Positions 37,907-50,272 of a stretch of 64,000 bases of DNA are shown here, piece after piece (the first letter of the stretch is position 1; every line of letters starts with the position of its first letter). The stretch is from positions 10,044,001 to 10,108,000 of the forward strand of contig CP158636.1 of NCBI GenBank assembly GCA_050273025.1. The letters are read 5' to 3'. The stretch comes from Cenococcum geophilum (Eukaryota). Below the pieces are notes generated by a model, which saw only the letters and a list, made by a program, of their open reading frames with translations, made no database searches and was not told where the DNA came from. The position numbers were made by a program, and so were the translations under genes.

Positions 37907-40900
37907 TTACTTCGATGGTGTTGGTAACGGGGGCAGTTCGCCATCCCAGTTCACTTGCATAGCTGCGTCTAGTTAATCTTCTGTTTTATACTGTGCAACT
38001 CATGGAAGAACTTACTCAGAGGGAATGGGAAGTAACTGCCATGGTCTTCTTTCATGTAGACATAGAAGCCACCGGGCCTAAAGATCTCAGTCAGTACCCG
38101 TCTCAAAACAAAACATCCTGCGTATAGTCTAAGAGTAAGCTTACCTAGGGATCTTCTTTAGTTCTCCCTTTGGCCCTGGCGCCCTCCTCAGATTATCCAA
38201 CTTGCCAACTGTCTTCAGCATTGCCGTCAAAGCGACTCTACTTGCGTCTCTACCCAAACACGTATGTGGGCCCTCACCATAATGGATATAGTTCTCCAAT
38301 GGCCGATCAACCTTAACTTCTTCCGGATCAGGGAACATCACAGGGTCCTTTGCTGCACCAACGAAGGAAACGAAAACTTTGTCTCCAGCCTTCACCGAGA
38401 CTTGGCGTCCACCGTCGTCAATAGTTGCTGCCGAGGCGGCTTCACGGTAAGAGCCAAAGGTACCGTTGAGACGAATGCCTTCCATGCAGTAGTGCAGAAT
38501 GGCATCATCGGCTTCAGGGGTATCAAGTTTGGCTAGGCGGTTAATTTCCGGGAGATATTTAGAGCCACGGGAGGAGAGATAAAAGTCGAGGGCTTGAGTG
38601 AACTAGGCCGGCAGATGTTAGCTCCCTTCTTATACTTTTCTTATTGCAGAGCTAAAATAACATACCACTTGAGCTTGATTCGGTATCATCGCGCAGGCAG
38701 TTGGCAGAATTTGGGACCAGGCAACCTCCTCTGCACCCATACCTGACTCGAGAAGACGCCGTACCATGTGTACACCATAGTCTGTCAGGTAGGAGTGATT
38801 CTGCGACATGCCATCAACAATACCAGCAATCCAGCCTGTCATATTAACAGCCTTGACGTTGGCTTCGACAAGCTTTCCTAGAGACTTGGCAATTGCTCTG
38901 GCTGCCATGTGAAGAGGGAAGCTCTTAGCCACATCCAAGTCGAAGAAAATGCAGATGAAGATGACGGCCACACCCATGTACATCTCGTGTTCAGTGAACA
39001 CGCCTCGTGGGTGTTCCTTTGTCTTCAATGGAAGAGAGAAGACGTTGGCCGCGAAATGGACGTGGGCAAGATTGCCGACACTACACGCGATTTAGCAACT
39101 TCTTAGAGTATGATACACTGACATTTAACTTACTCTCTTGTGATGTCCACGTGATTAATGCCGGCAATTTTGAAGGACTTGTCGTGCAACAACTTCAAAG
39201 TGACGTGCTCATAGAAGTTCTTGATATCACGGTGCCAATTCTCGCGATACAAGGATTTGCCCATTATCTGCCTTTGCTTCGCATGTAGAGGAGTGTCTCC
39301 AGAGCTGGAAAACACTGTTAGATATAATGAGGTGTAGTTTCATGACTAGACTTACAGCATAAAGTTAGCACCGCCCTTACCGAAAAGCTCTTCAGTAGTC
39401 GCGCCCCATGTAACTTTGAAAACGTTTTGATTTTCTAGGATAGACTTAGCCCCGACATAAGTCGTCAGGTTTATGCGTGGGGCTATGAAAGCTGGTTGAT
39501 CATAAGAGTAATGTGTCTCACGACCGAGCGTCTTCATAATCTTGCGGTTTTCAGACGGAATGGTCATTGGATAATGGGCATAGATTGAGTTCGACTTGAA
39601 GTGTGCGGGGAAAGCGCGAAGGAACAGCTTGTAGAATACACCTAAATCCGTTAACGTAATGGACCAGAGAGAGGGATTAATTAAACGTACAGCCTTGCTC
39701 AATATTCAAGTCATATTGTACCTCATTGAAGCCCCAGCTGATGAATATTAGTTTACGCTAGTAAGGGAGACACATGTGCTACTTACTTTGTGAGATTTTT
39801 TGCATGGTAATCAATAGTGTAGAATCTGTCACCACGAACAAGTACTACCGCATCGGACAGAATGGCCCTTGAGATAGTGAATGTTGGCGCAATTCCAACA
39901 CCAGGAACCATTGGCACCTTAGCTTCCTCGGCAACCAGACCCGCTGTAAGATTATTAATGAACGTTGTTTGAGCAGTTTAGAATGGCGAGACGTACGATA
40001 CATCTCAATGTAGTCAGGATGGTCATATAAATGACGGAGATGGTCGGCAACCACAGGATCCGAGTTAACACTCTCAAATGTCTCGTGTGGCTTTAAACCG
40101 AAAAATTTGCGGAACTCATTCAGAGTAGCAAGACCCCATTTTCGTGCTTGCATCATTCCGAGGATCTCAACAGCTCGCAGAGCTTTGGGGACATTGTTGG
40201 CACCAAAAGAACCTATACTTGTTAGTGTGATATAAATAACCCGATTTCATGGCAACTGACCCGCGCAATCTTCAATACTATCTGACAAAATTTTGACAAG
40301 CCCGTCATCGCTAAATCTGCCCTCCGAGTCTCGTTGGAGACCAGCAAAAGGTCGTTTGTGTGGATCTTTGTCCAAGCTGGCATTCCATTTACCTAGACCA
40401 GCCAGCAACTCATGCATTGGAACTTCTGAGGCGGGTTTCCCAAACATCTGTTTGTACATGTTTTCTGTCCACTCCTCGTCCCTTTTACTGGTAGCAGAAT
40501 GCCACCTGTAAACCAGGTTAAACTCCGCAGAGACTTGGTTACCCACACCTCGAGGCGTGCCATCTTTTCCAAAAAGTTTGTCCATGTCCACACGCGGATC
40601 GAGAGTCCACGTAGTATTGCTTCTGTTGAGATTCACAATAGTTCTCAAATAATCGCCAAGTGTAATATTCATATACAAGCCGCAAGTGATGAGACGTCCG
40701 GTCTGGAATAGGTCATTGTCGTATTTGATCCATGCCTTCTCTGCCATCTCCTTAGGCAATTTATCGTTAGGTTTGCTGAATCGACCGTTTTCATTAATCA
40801 TAGCGAGCTGCTCAACAACGTAATTGTGGAACCTGTTGAACATAATGAGAAGTACACCACATCCAGGAGGAAACCCAAGCATGCGCTGCTCTGAAAAGCA

Positions 40901-42014
40901 ATCAGGTTTGAGTTTGCCGTCTTTGAATGTTCGAATTTGATCTTGGTCGTCCTGGGTGTCTCCATACAGTGGAGATAGGTCGAGGTATGAGGACGTTTGG
41001 GACATATTCATATCGTGGTGATCTGTCTGGAAAAGATCATGAATAATCAACGAAGCCCAGTAGAACAAAATACTGGAAACATTGTTTGGATGCTTAGTGA
41101 ATTCATTCCGGGCAAAAATACTATCGAATATGAGACCTGGATCAGGCAGAGCCCCTGGGGAAACAGTCTTTGGCTGGACACTTCGCGCGTAAGGTGTATT
41201 TGCTTCGGAAGAATAAGCTGCAGCATTTCAACAATACCGAAATTCACTCACCAGCTCCAAGATGTGGGTACATAATATTCTAATGACAATTAGTCTAAAA
41301 ACACTGTATTTGCTCCATTCTAATACCTACATTGTAAGAACCATCCGCTTGGCGATAAGAGAACTGATCGCCCATATATCTAAAAGATAGAAATTAACAT
41401 GATTTCAATGGACAGACGGCCAATCGCTTACGAGAGTGGAGGGTGCTGTAGAGAGTTCCATAGTTCGTCCACAAAAGCATTTGTCTGCCGCTAGGTTAGC
41501 AACGCTTCGTATGCCTGGTAAATTCTCATACCAATTCGACCCGATTCTTTGACAATGAAGGCAATCCAGCGACAAGCTACAATAACACAGAATAAGCCCC
41601 GTTTCGTTGTCATTTAGTTTAGTAAATTACCTGAATCACGCGCTCCATAAGATAGGTCTTGTCGTCAACCAGTTCTCCTTTCGCCTTGCCCTCTATCACC
41701 TCTCTCAAGGTCTTCAGATCTTTGAAGCCAAGGCTCTTCAGATCAGCCATGAGCCCACTTGGCTCTTCTTTGTTGAGATACGAGCCATCACCAGTCTGAG
41801 ATGGCAAAGGCCTTTTTGCCGCATGAAGAACTTGAGCAAATTCCTCAAATGTTGAGCTCACTTCTTCCCGCTTCGCCGAATGATCAACTGGCTGTGATTT
41901 TTCATGTTGACTTTTCCTCCTCTCGCTTTTCTCAGGTGGAGCAGAAAAGCCATTAACTTGGCCATTCTCTTTCTTCTTGTCCTTGCGGAAATTTGTGGAA
42001 AACCTGCGTAGCAT
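37907..42014 (-). CDS. ppoC: Fatty-acid dioxygenase-cytochrome P450 fusion (psi-producing oxygenase, PpoC/10R-DOX type), many introns
   Basis: N-terminus MLRRFSTNF; DDKTYLMERVIQ; distal His in YWASLIIHDLFQT; SYLDLSPLYG; DYLRTIVN; EFNLVYRWH (Tyr radical and proximal His); TLNEFRKFFGLKP; P450 part MIPNQAQV, MEGIRL (ExxR) and HYGEGPHTCLG. Confidence 0.93.
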
Positions 42015-43180
42015 TGCGTTCGTGATGTCGGAAGAAATGATGATAGAGAGAAAGAGAATGGAGAAGATGAGGGAAACAACAACTGTTAGCATGCGACTCA
42101 GGCAAGATATGGGATTCCGGCGAAATCGGCCAATACACTCCTGCCAATATTTGGCGAAATGCCTTGGATCTCTTCCCGGGACCCGGGCCCTCAGGGTGCC
42201 ATGATATGGAGTAAAATATCCAGCCTGCAAATCTTATGATGTCGATCGTGGGTCCCAAGCACGAACACGGGCCAATTGACGGTACAACCTTCTGGAACTT
42301 GAAGGGGAAGAACCAATTTAGTTGCATGTGGCTGGCTGATACCATGTAGTATGTGGCCCCTCTGAGGTCACAGTCATCCTAGATTTGTTGCACAAACTCG
42401 TGTGAAGGTCAATGCGCTCGGCAAGGATGCAAACCTACGTAGCTTGCCCCTCCTTCTTCCTTGCAGCTCATCTACACCACCTTGACGCATCTGGTTGATC
42501 GCGCAGATCAAACTACGCGGATTTATACCCAAAAATACGTTAAAATACGTCAAAATGGTCGTGCCTATTACTTCAAAGGTATAAAATTGTGCCGTTTGAT
42601 CGCCAAGATAGTGTATTAGCCCAAGGTTCTACTATTGGCGTCAATGTGCAGCCACAAAGCCATAGATTAATGAACGCCAAAATAATGCTTATAATGCGGA
42701 TTGATCAACGCATAGGAAAACAACTCAGAATGAGACAGCAATTAGACGAATTTCGTAGATTTCCTTGCACTGTCTACAGCGTTATAACTTAGGAGGCCTA
42801 CGGGTAGTTCGAATACGGCTAGATGGTATCAATTTAGGTGAGAGGCTAGGCAGGGGAGCCATGCTGGGCTCCATGCACGAGCTGGCGCCGAGCCTTGTAA
42901 ATTACAAGGTTTCAAAATTGTATAATAAGTCTCTCTTACGTCGAGCTTGATGAGGTAACAAAAGGACGAGAAATGAGAGCAATAAGAATCCGCCAAGACG
43001 ATGAGTCTCCACACCTACCGTACGGCTACATAATCAAGGTATATAAGTGACAGTAACGGAGGCTTAGAATATAGGCTTACTTCGTGAAGTATTATAGTCC
43101 TTCGTTACACTTCCTTATGCAAGTGTAGGGGTCTTTTGTAGAGAGGCTTTTTATGAACGATTTTATGCGGATCGACGAGC

Positions 43181-43243
43181 CTGGGTGTACGACGTCAAGC
43201 GGGTGTACGACGTCGTACACCCACTTAACGTCAAGCCACCTAG
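43181..43243. repeat. Loop-less inverted repeat with a perfect 22-bp palindromic core (43201-43222)
   Basis: GGGTGTACGAC|GTCGTACACCC core with imperfect arms of about 31 bp. Confidence 0.85.
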
Positions 43244-44763
43244 CGTTAATCAAGGCTCAATCGACCGCTTCAACTTCCCGATCGAGCAACGTAAGCAACT
43301 CTACAAGGATTCCGAAATCCGTCTATTAGTCGTACGCAAAGTTGGTAGGAAAATGCTATGTGACGTTATAAGGATAGTCCGTCTAGCATGCAGAAGATTG
43401 TGAGATTGATCAACACCAGGAGCTTACTCTTCATCAAATCCATCAAGGATGAACGCGACACTAAGCTGGAGATTGTGTACGCATGGAGCTTCACGTCCGG
43501 GTGGGTGTCCCTTGGGGACCTTACACTAGCCACTTCGTAGCAGCACGGCGCCCAAAAGAGAAAGTGGATAATGAGGATCGCCGTGCAGGTTGATCCAGTA
43601 CCTCTCGATCTTAACTGGAGCTGGCGGATGATGTAGACAATTCACTGGCTTAGGCGAGCGATTCAGCACAGCATAGATTGTGGAGGCCTGAGGGACATCA
43701 CAAGACTCTAGGTCTGTCGAATGAGATGCCGGTAGCGTCCGCACTTCAGAATAGACCCCTTGTGCAATGTGTCTGTCGCTTCTTTAGGGCAGCTCGCTTG
43801 GGTCTTTGCATCGATGGAAGGCTCGTGCATCGGCTATTGCCTTTTCGCCCGGCAGAGTCTTCCCAGCAGACCATGGGTACTGAGCTGGAGCGGGGGCGCG
43901 GGCGGCGAATTATCGCAGGGCAATGGCGGATAGGTTTTAGAACTATGGGAGATGGGTGCAGAATCGGAGATGGTGTTCGGCGGCCGCGACGAGATCTGGG
44001 TCGGATCGAACCGCGGAACAAAACCCTGTCCAATCTTGCCTTTGTTTCAACCTCACCCGTCTTGCGCAACCTCACCTCCTCCAGGCCTCACGCTGCAGCT
44101 GCAAGTCGAGATATTGAGACACTGCATACGTGAAACTAACTGTTGATGAACAGCGCCATTACTGGATATGGCCGTGCCACGTTATTGGCCAATCTCGCTC
44201 GCCAATTCGCTCGATTTCAGCCAACACTATCTAGGATGCAACTAGACCCTTTCTGACCACAACGAGGTTCAGAGTGCCGTTCGCGCCCGAACATGGGTGA
44301 TCGCCTTTGCTGTTTGCGCCCGCGATGGTGAAGGCGGCACAACTCTGAGAGTAGTTTTCCAATGGATGACGATCGGCGAATCAAGGCCAATTTAATGTCA
44401 CAGCAGCAGTCGCATGTGTTCGGCATGGCACTAACCCCACACTGCCATAGAGCAACTTCCAATGCGTATCCGTCAGGGCTAACGGCCACCCACACGAGCT
44501 TTCGGTTGAGAAATGTGCATCTGCATTAGATGTCACATCCAAGACCATACCAGTGGACGGAGAAAGCCCTGTGCTCTTCCTTTTGAGCTTTATTTACCAG
44601 CCACCGTGAACACCGGCAGAGCCTCCCCCAAGAGTTCCAGCCCATTTACTTGGTTGTGACGTCTTCAGTTCGCCTGTGCTTTCGCTCATATAGCAACTAT
44701 TGAACTCTCCTATCAAATACCTTGATTTGTACATTTTTGAAACCTTTATTCCCTATATATACA

Positions 44764-47090
44764 ATGGCTGCATTGCAACCGGATAAGCAACCTACTTCGC
44801 AGCGACAAGCAAGTCCGCGTCGCGACAACAACCAATCTGCTGTCCCGGTAAACCCCAATCCCCATCCTCAGAGACAGCGCAAAAAATTTATCCTCTGCTT
44901 TGATGGTACTGGCAACAAATTTTCTGGTACGGATGCAGACTCGAATATTTTGAAGATTTATCGCATGCTTGATCGTAGCGATGAAAGCCAGTTTCACTAC
45001 TATCAACCTGGAATCGGAACATATGTTACCACGAAATCGCTGTCGCATACTAGTCGCATTGATCGATTTAAGTCGTGGTATGCTAAAGCAAAAGATTCTG
45101 CTGTGGGAACATCCTTCGACGAGCATGTGATGGGTGGATATAGGGTAAGCCTACTTCTGACCTGATCTCATTACCACGACTATGAATCAACCATGCCATG
45201 TTATTTATACTAACTCGTAGATCGCGGCAGTTTCTTATGCGATATTATATTCCTGGAGATGATATCTATTTCTTCGGCTTTTCGAGGGGAGCGTATACTG
45301 CGAGATTCCTAGCAGAAATGCTTGATCATATCGGTATGTACATATTCAGACATCTCTTTTCCCCAGCCACGATAAATTGCCACATATTACCATTCTTTAC
45401 AGCCTAGTAACTTCACTACAAAGTTACCTTGCACTTCCCAGTACATGCGCGTTTCCGTTTCGTGATGCAGCTCTACTATTAAATGCGCTTCCTCTCTTTA
45501 TTCTTTTATACCTCGAAAAATAGCTACTAAGTATTGGGCATGCAGGACTTCTCTCGGCTGGCAATGAGGAGATGGCTCGTTTCGCATGGAAGACTTTCCA
45601 GAAATGGCAGATTCGGCAAGAACGCACCGAAGAGGAGAAGAAGCAAAAAAAGTATCTTCTCGACTTCATGTGCGCTTTTCGAGAGACCTTCAGCCGCCCA
45701 GTTCGTCGCATACGATTCTTAGGCCTCTTTGATACAGTGAACAGCGTGCCTAGGTTTGAGAACGCATGGATGCAACGAAGCAAATTCCCATACACTGCGC
45801 GAAGTACAGCAAAGGTTGTTCGGCATGCCGTAGCAATTGACGAGCGCCGCGCAAAGTTCAGGCAAGATCTGATATCAGAGGTGAAACCTACTAAGGGAAT
45901 TCAATATCACCACCGACGGCGACAGCTTCTAGATACATTCGGTTTCGTACCCATTGAACGAGCTGAACAAGAGAAGAGAGGCCGACCTAGCACAGATACT
46001 AAAGGCTATAACCTATCCCACAAAGACGTTACTCTTAGACCACCTCCGGAGACCTTCCGCGACCGTTCAGAGATATCCGGGGTGCGTTCCTTAAGCCCTG
46101 GGCTGCCCGCTGGCAAGAGTTTTGAAATGGATCGACCATCTACTGCAACATCAATTTCTCAAGCATCGATTGCTGCGGTTAGACATCACGATGACGATGA
46201 GTTCGACGGAGAGGCTGAACAAGATATACAGGAGGTGTGGTTCGCCGGATGCCATGCTGTAAGTTGAGAACGGAAAATATCCACAGGCTAGCAATGACTA
46301 ACTTGGGTAGGATATTGGTGGTGGTTGGCCACTCGAGGCAGGGGAAGACTCAGCTCTTAGTCATATTCCACTTGTATGGATGGTGAGAGAGGCTCAGCGC
46401 GCAGGACTTCAGTTCGACCAAGTCAAACTTCGAGCTCTAAATTGTTGGGCAGAAGAAATACAAGAACAGAGACGAATGACCGCTACTCCAATTCCTCAAA
46501 TTGAAATTGGTCCCGCCTCTCCGGACCCTGGACGCGAACCCTCAACGGGATTCATGGGACAGGGTAACCGCAACGATTCATCCACAAGCGCGAACGAGCC
46601 AGCGCCTTCACGGTTTCATACGGCATTGCATGCTTCTGCAATTCGCGGAAAGATTCACGATGTTCTCCAATTTAAGAACGGTGTTGGGACTATTTCAGTT
46701 ATATCTTGGAACATTATGGAGTATTTACCATTCAGACGGATGGACCTACAGGAGGATGGCTCCTGGAAGAGTATCACCTGGCCATTGCCCAAAGGTGAAG
46801 TGAGGGATGTTCCAGATGATGCGGTCGTGCATAATTCAGTAATCAAACGAATGGAAGCGGATCCTAACTACCGGCCTGGCAATCTCATCGTCGGCGGTGG
46901 AGGAAGAGGAGTAAGGAAAGCTCCTCCGGAGTTTGGTATGGGCAAATGGAAAGTCGTTCGGGAGAAAGACGACCCAATTGGTGAAGTAGTCGTGAGGGCT
47001 GTTCCATCAGGGAAAAAGAAGAGCGAGAATAGAGTTAACCATTTAAGTACTTCACCAGGAGGGCCGCAAGGATTACAGATTTCTTCGTGA
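44764..47090 (+). CDS. DUF2235 / Tle1-like alpha/beta hydrolase (putative phospholipase), four exons
   Basis: [36 protein letters not shown] (Ser), [11 protein letters not shown] (Asp), [28 protein letters not shown] (His). Introns ~45145-45230, ~45334-45545, ~46259-46310. Confidence 0.92.
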
Positions 47091-47365
47091 TATGCTAATA
47101 TTATATTCTGTTCTAATTATGCCGCTACGAACGGTCAGATGTGACATATAGTGGACGCGTTATTCGGAATTTGCAGCGCTGTTATGTAATTTCAATATTT
47201 TCCTTACAAATAGTTTTGTTGCGAGGTAGACAGTTCGACATATATGGGCGAATGCAAGAGAGGAAACTCCACAAACTAATAACATTCTCCTCCGATATAA
47301 GAATTGAAGTGTCAATCAGAAAGCTGTAAATATTTCGGTTACAGCAAGATTCATAATAGCATTGA

Positions 47366-47905
47366 TCACTGAGGGTCCATGACCCCCGATTCACCAACTC
47401 GTCCCATGAACTTACATTCCCTCCGCTTGATCCTCCATTGCTCACTTTGAGTTTCACTACGAACCAACTCGTCGAGATACTTCCCGTAAGCTGTCACCGA
47501 TTGACCTTCCTTGACGCCCGTCCCAAAATGGACTCCGGTAAAATAGGTAACCGCAGACGCGGTCATTCCGTCCTCGCTAATCGTAATCGTTTGAGTCGTG
47601 AGAGCGTGTTGACTAGTTACCGGTTTAAGTCTATGTAGATTGTTATTACCTGAGGTAGTCCTTTAGGTTTGCACGTGCCTGGAACTGTGGCATTCTGTGG
47701 AAGAAGAGCTTGCCTACCTTGCCTGAATGGCATTCTGCACCGCTGTTACGCCTTTCAAGTCACCTCCTGGAATTGGGTAGTGTGCGTCACAGTCTGCAAC
47801 GAACACATCGGATAGTGCCGCGAAATCTTTGTCGTCGAGTGCTATGCAATAACGTGCAAGAGTATTTTGGATAGCGATGTGATCGAGGGAGTTCGGTGTA
47901 GGCAT
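47366..47905 (-). CDS. Small SnoaL-like (NTF2-fold) protein, one intron
   Basis: DHIAIQNTLARYCIALDDKDFAALSDVF..SQHALTTQTI..ASAVTYFTGVHFG..AYGKYLDELV..WRIKRR, the SnoaL_4 pattern. Confidence 0.82.
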
Positions 47906-48570
47906 GTTTAGATAAAGGGTAGTCTTTGCTGCAATGATTTGAGAGAAAATTTGGTCTGACAATATAGGAGTATTGACCACTGCGAGGGTCTGATTGAGTA
48001 CTATCTATATTATCAAGAGCATAAGAATTAATGAACGAACTCCGATGGTGAGGCGACTGGACGGTCACTTCCTGGTGATGAAAATGAAAGGCGTAAAGTT
48101 TTGGCAATTGCGTAGGAAGTACGATGCATGGGATGCGTTGAGGAGGGGTACTTTGAATCTGGTTAGATCTTACTATTCCGGAACAGTAAGGTTCTGCAAG
48201 AATCACACGGGGTGAAAGCCAACATCGTCAACTCTTTCCATCCCCTGCTCGTGCTTGAGGAATATAATACATGTCAAAATGCTCCCTGAAATTATTCCTA
48301 GGGTTCATGGTATCCTGTCTTTGCCCTCGATACATGGCACTTCTCGCAATACAGCCTGTACAGACTCCGGTGCCACTGGGGGAAGCTATTCCGACGGGGC
48401 CGTTAGCGAGACTGCAGAAAAACACTAGGCCCATAATGGAGTAGCGCACCGAAAGTTCGCTTAAGCAGTCTTGCCGACACACTTGGATTTTTAAGACGAC
48501 AGTTTCGACGACATCAGCGACGAAGCGCCCTTTACGATTTACGACATTGCTCAAACAATAGTCATCCAAA

Positions 48571-49356
48571 ATGTCTAAGAGAGGGTATGATACTGCTCCG
48601 GAAACCCTAAATTCTACTATATTGGTGAATCCCAAGCGAAGGAACCATAAACTAACACTTTCGAACCTGTAGTCGTGGTGGTGCGTCCGGTAACAAGCTG
48701 AAGATGACCCTCGGTCTGCCTGTGTATGTGGAAACCCTCAAAGCCGCCTTCACTCCTCCGCCCAGAACAGTTATGGAACGAAGTCTAGGCGCATTGGAAG
48801 AAAAAACTGATTAGAGAACAGCGGAGCCGTCATGAACTGCTGCGACAACTCCGGCGCACGAAATCTCTACATCATCTCCGTCAAGGGCATCGGCGCTCGT
48901 CTCAACCGTCTACCAGCTGCTGGTGTGGGGGACATGGTTATGGCAACAGTTAAGAAGGGAAAGCCGGAACTCAGGAAGAAGGTCATGCCCGCGGTCGTGG
49001 TCAGGCAGAGCAAGCCTTGGAGGAGAGCGGACGGCGTGTACCTATACTTTGAGGATAATGCTGGTGTGGTGAGTGATTCCTAGGCGAGCGAGAGGGATTA
49101 TATGGGAGTGCTGCCGGATAATTCGGGCAGTCGGCATTTTCGGGCAGTCGGCATCATGGGTTTCCAAGCATTTGCTAATTGAAGGCTTTAGATTGTCAAC
49201 CCCAAGGGTGAGATGAAGGGCTCGGCTATCACTGGACCCGTTGGCAAGGAGGCGGCAGAGCTCTGGCCAGTAAGCTTATCCTATCAAAGCATATCAGGTT
49301 TTGGATGATACTGATTCCTTTAGCGTATTGCAAGCAACTCCGGTGTGGTGATGTGA
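48571..49356 (+). CDS. RPL23: 60S ribosomal protein L23 (uL14), four introns
   Basis: [95 protein letters not shown]. Confidence 0.97.
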
Positions 49357-50139
49357 GGTGTCTCTTTTGCTGCTCTCTGGTTTCTGGGTTCCTCGGGGAT
49401 AGGCAACTAGCATTGGTTGCTGCGTTCAAACTTTTATCATTGCATCTGGTAGCAATTGAACCGAACATCAAAAACGGTTGTGCTCGCTCGTATTGATTAT
49501 GATATGCCGACGGATTTCATCAACTCGAGAATTCGAAAAAGCGAGCTAGAACCCCGCTTACTAGCTTATGCTAGGCCATGTGCACACTACTATCGCCGTC
49601 ATGCACAAAACCCAACTACAACATCGAGATTCTACTTGATCGGATCCAAGATTGAAAGTCTGGATTCTAGCTTATGATTCTCAATCCAATGAATTCGCAG
49701 GTTGATTTTCAGCAATGTTCTCCATCAATTCCCTGTTACGGAACTAAGTATGCTCTGCTAATGTGTGAAGTACAAAAGACATGGGTTCCAGACATTTATA
49801 TTTAGGCGGCTCAATGGAAGTGTTTTACCGTAGCGGCGAATGTTTATGGATTCCATATAAGACAACCTTTTATATTTGCCATAACATTACCCACAAACAG
49901 AAAAGAAACGAGGAATGCTAAAGCTCCAGGCAATCTCGCGGCCTCACGGCTCCCACAACGTTACAAATTAGATTAGATCAAATTCAGTTTTATCGCTCAG
50001 TCGAAGCCATAGCCGCCGGACCAGCGTTCTTCGTTAATTTAGCTCTCTTAGTCGTCCTAGGTGACGTTATGACGGTCGTCACTCCAAGCAGACTGATAGT
50101 ACGATTCCTCAGAATCATTTCGCCGGCTATCATGATCTA

Positions 50140-50270
50140 TCCCTTCGCACGTTGGTTTGCGTCCTACGGTATCGATAAGGGCCTGGCCAATAAGAGGCGC
50201 CCGTTGGGCGCCCGTGTGTACGATGTTCCTAGGCTTGGCGCCAAGTGTAGGACTCCAACGTGCGAAGGGA
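50140..50270. mobile_element. MITE (131 bp), TA-flanked, related to 27108-27258
   Basis: Perfect 16-bp TIR TCCCTTCGCACGTTGG / CCAACGTGCGAAGGGA, TA on both sides, and shared internal ACGGTATCGATAAGG. Confidence 0.85.
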
Positions 50271-50272
50271 TA

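Noticed and set aside
43526..44495. Overlapping 64-151 aa ORFs between ppo and the DUF2235 gene
   Set aside because: No recognisable domain or consistent splice structure; more likely promoter or long 5' UTR.
49069..49191. Possible intronic snoRNA in RPL23 intron 3
   Set aside because: No convincing C/D or H/ACA boxes; only a short tandem duplication (ttcgggcagtcggcat x2).
49700..50137. Possible 3' remainder of the malic enzyme gene or the Copia 3' LTR
   Set aside because: The minus-strand frames I read give no malic-enzyme motifs, and there is no match to the LTR at 53898-54159.
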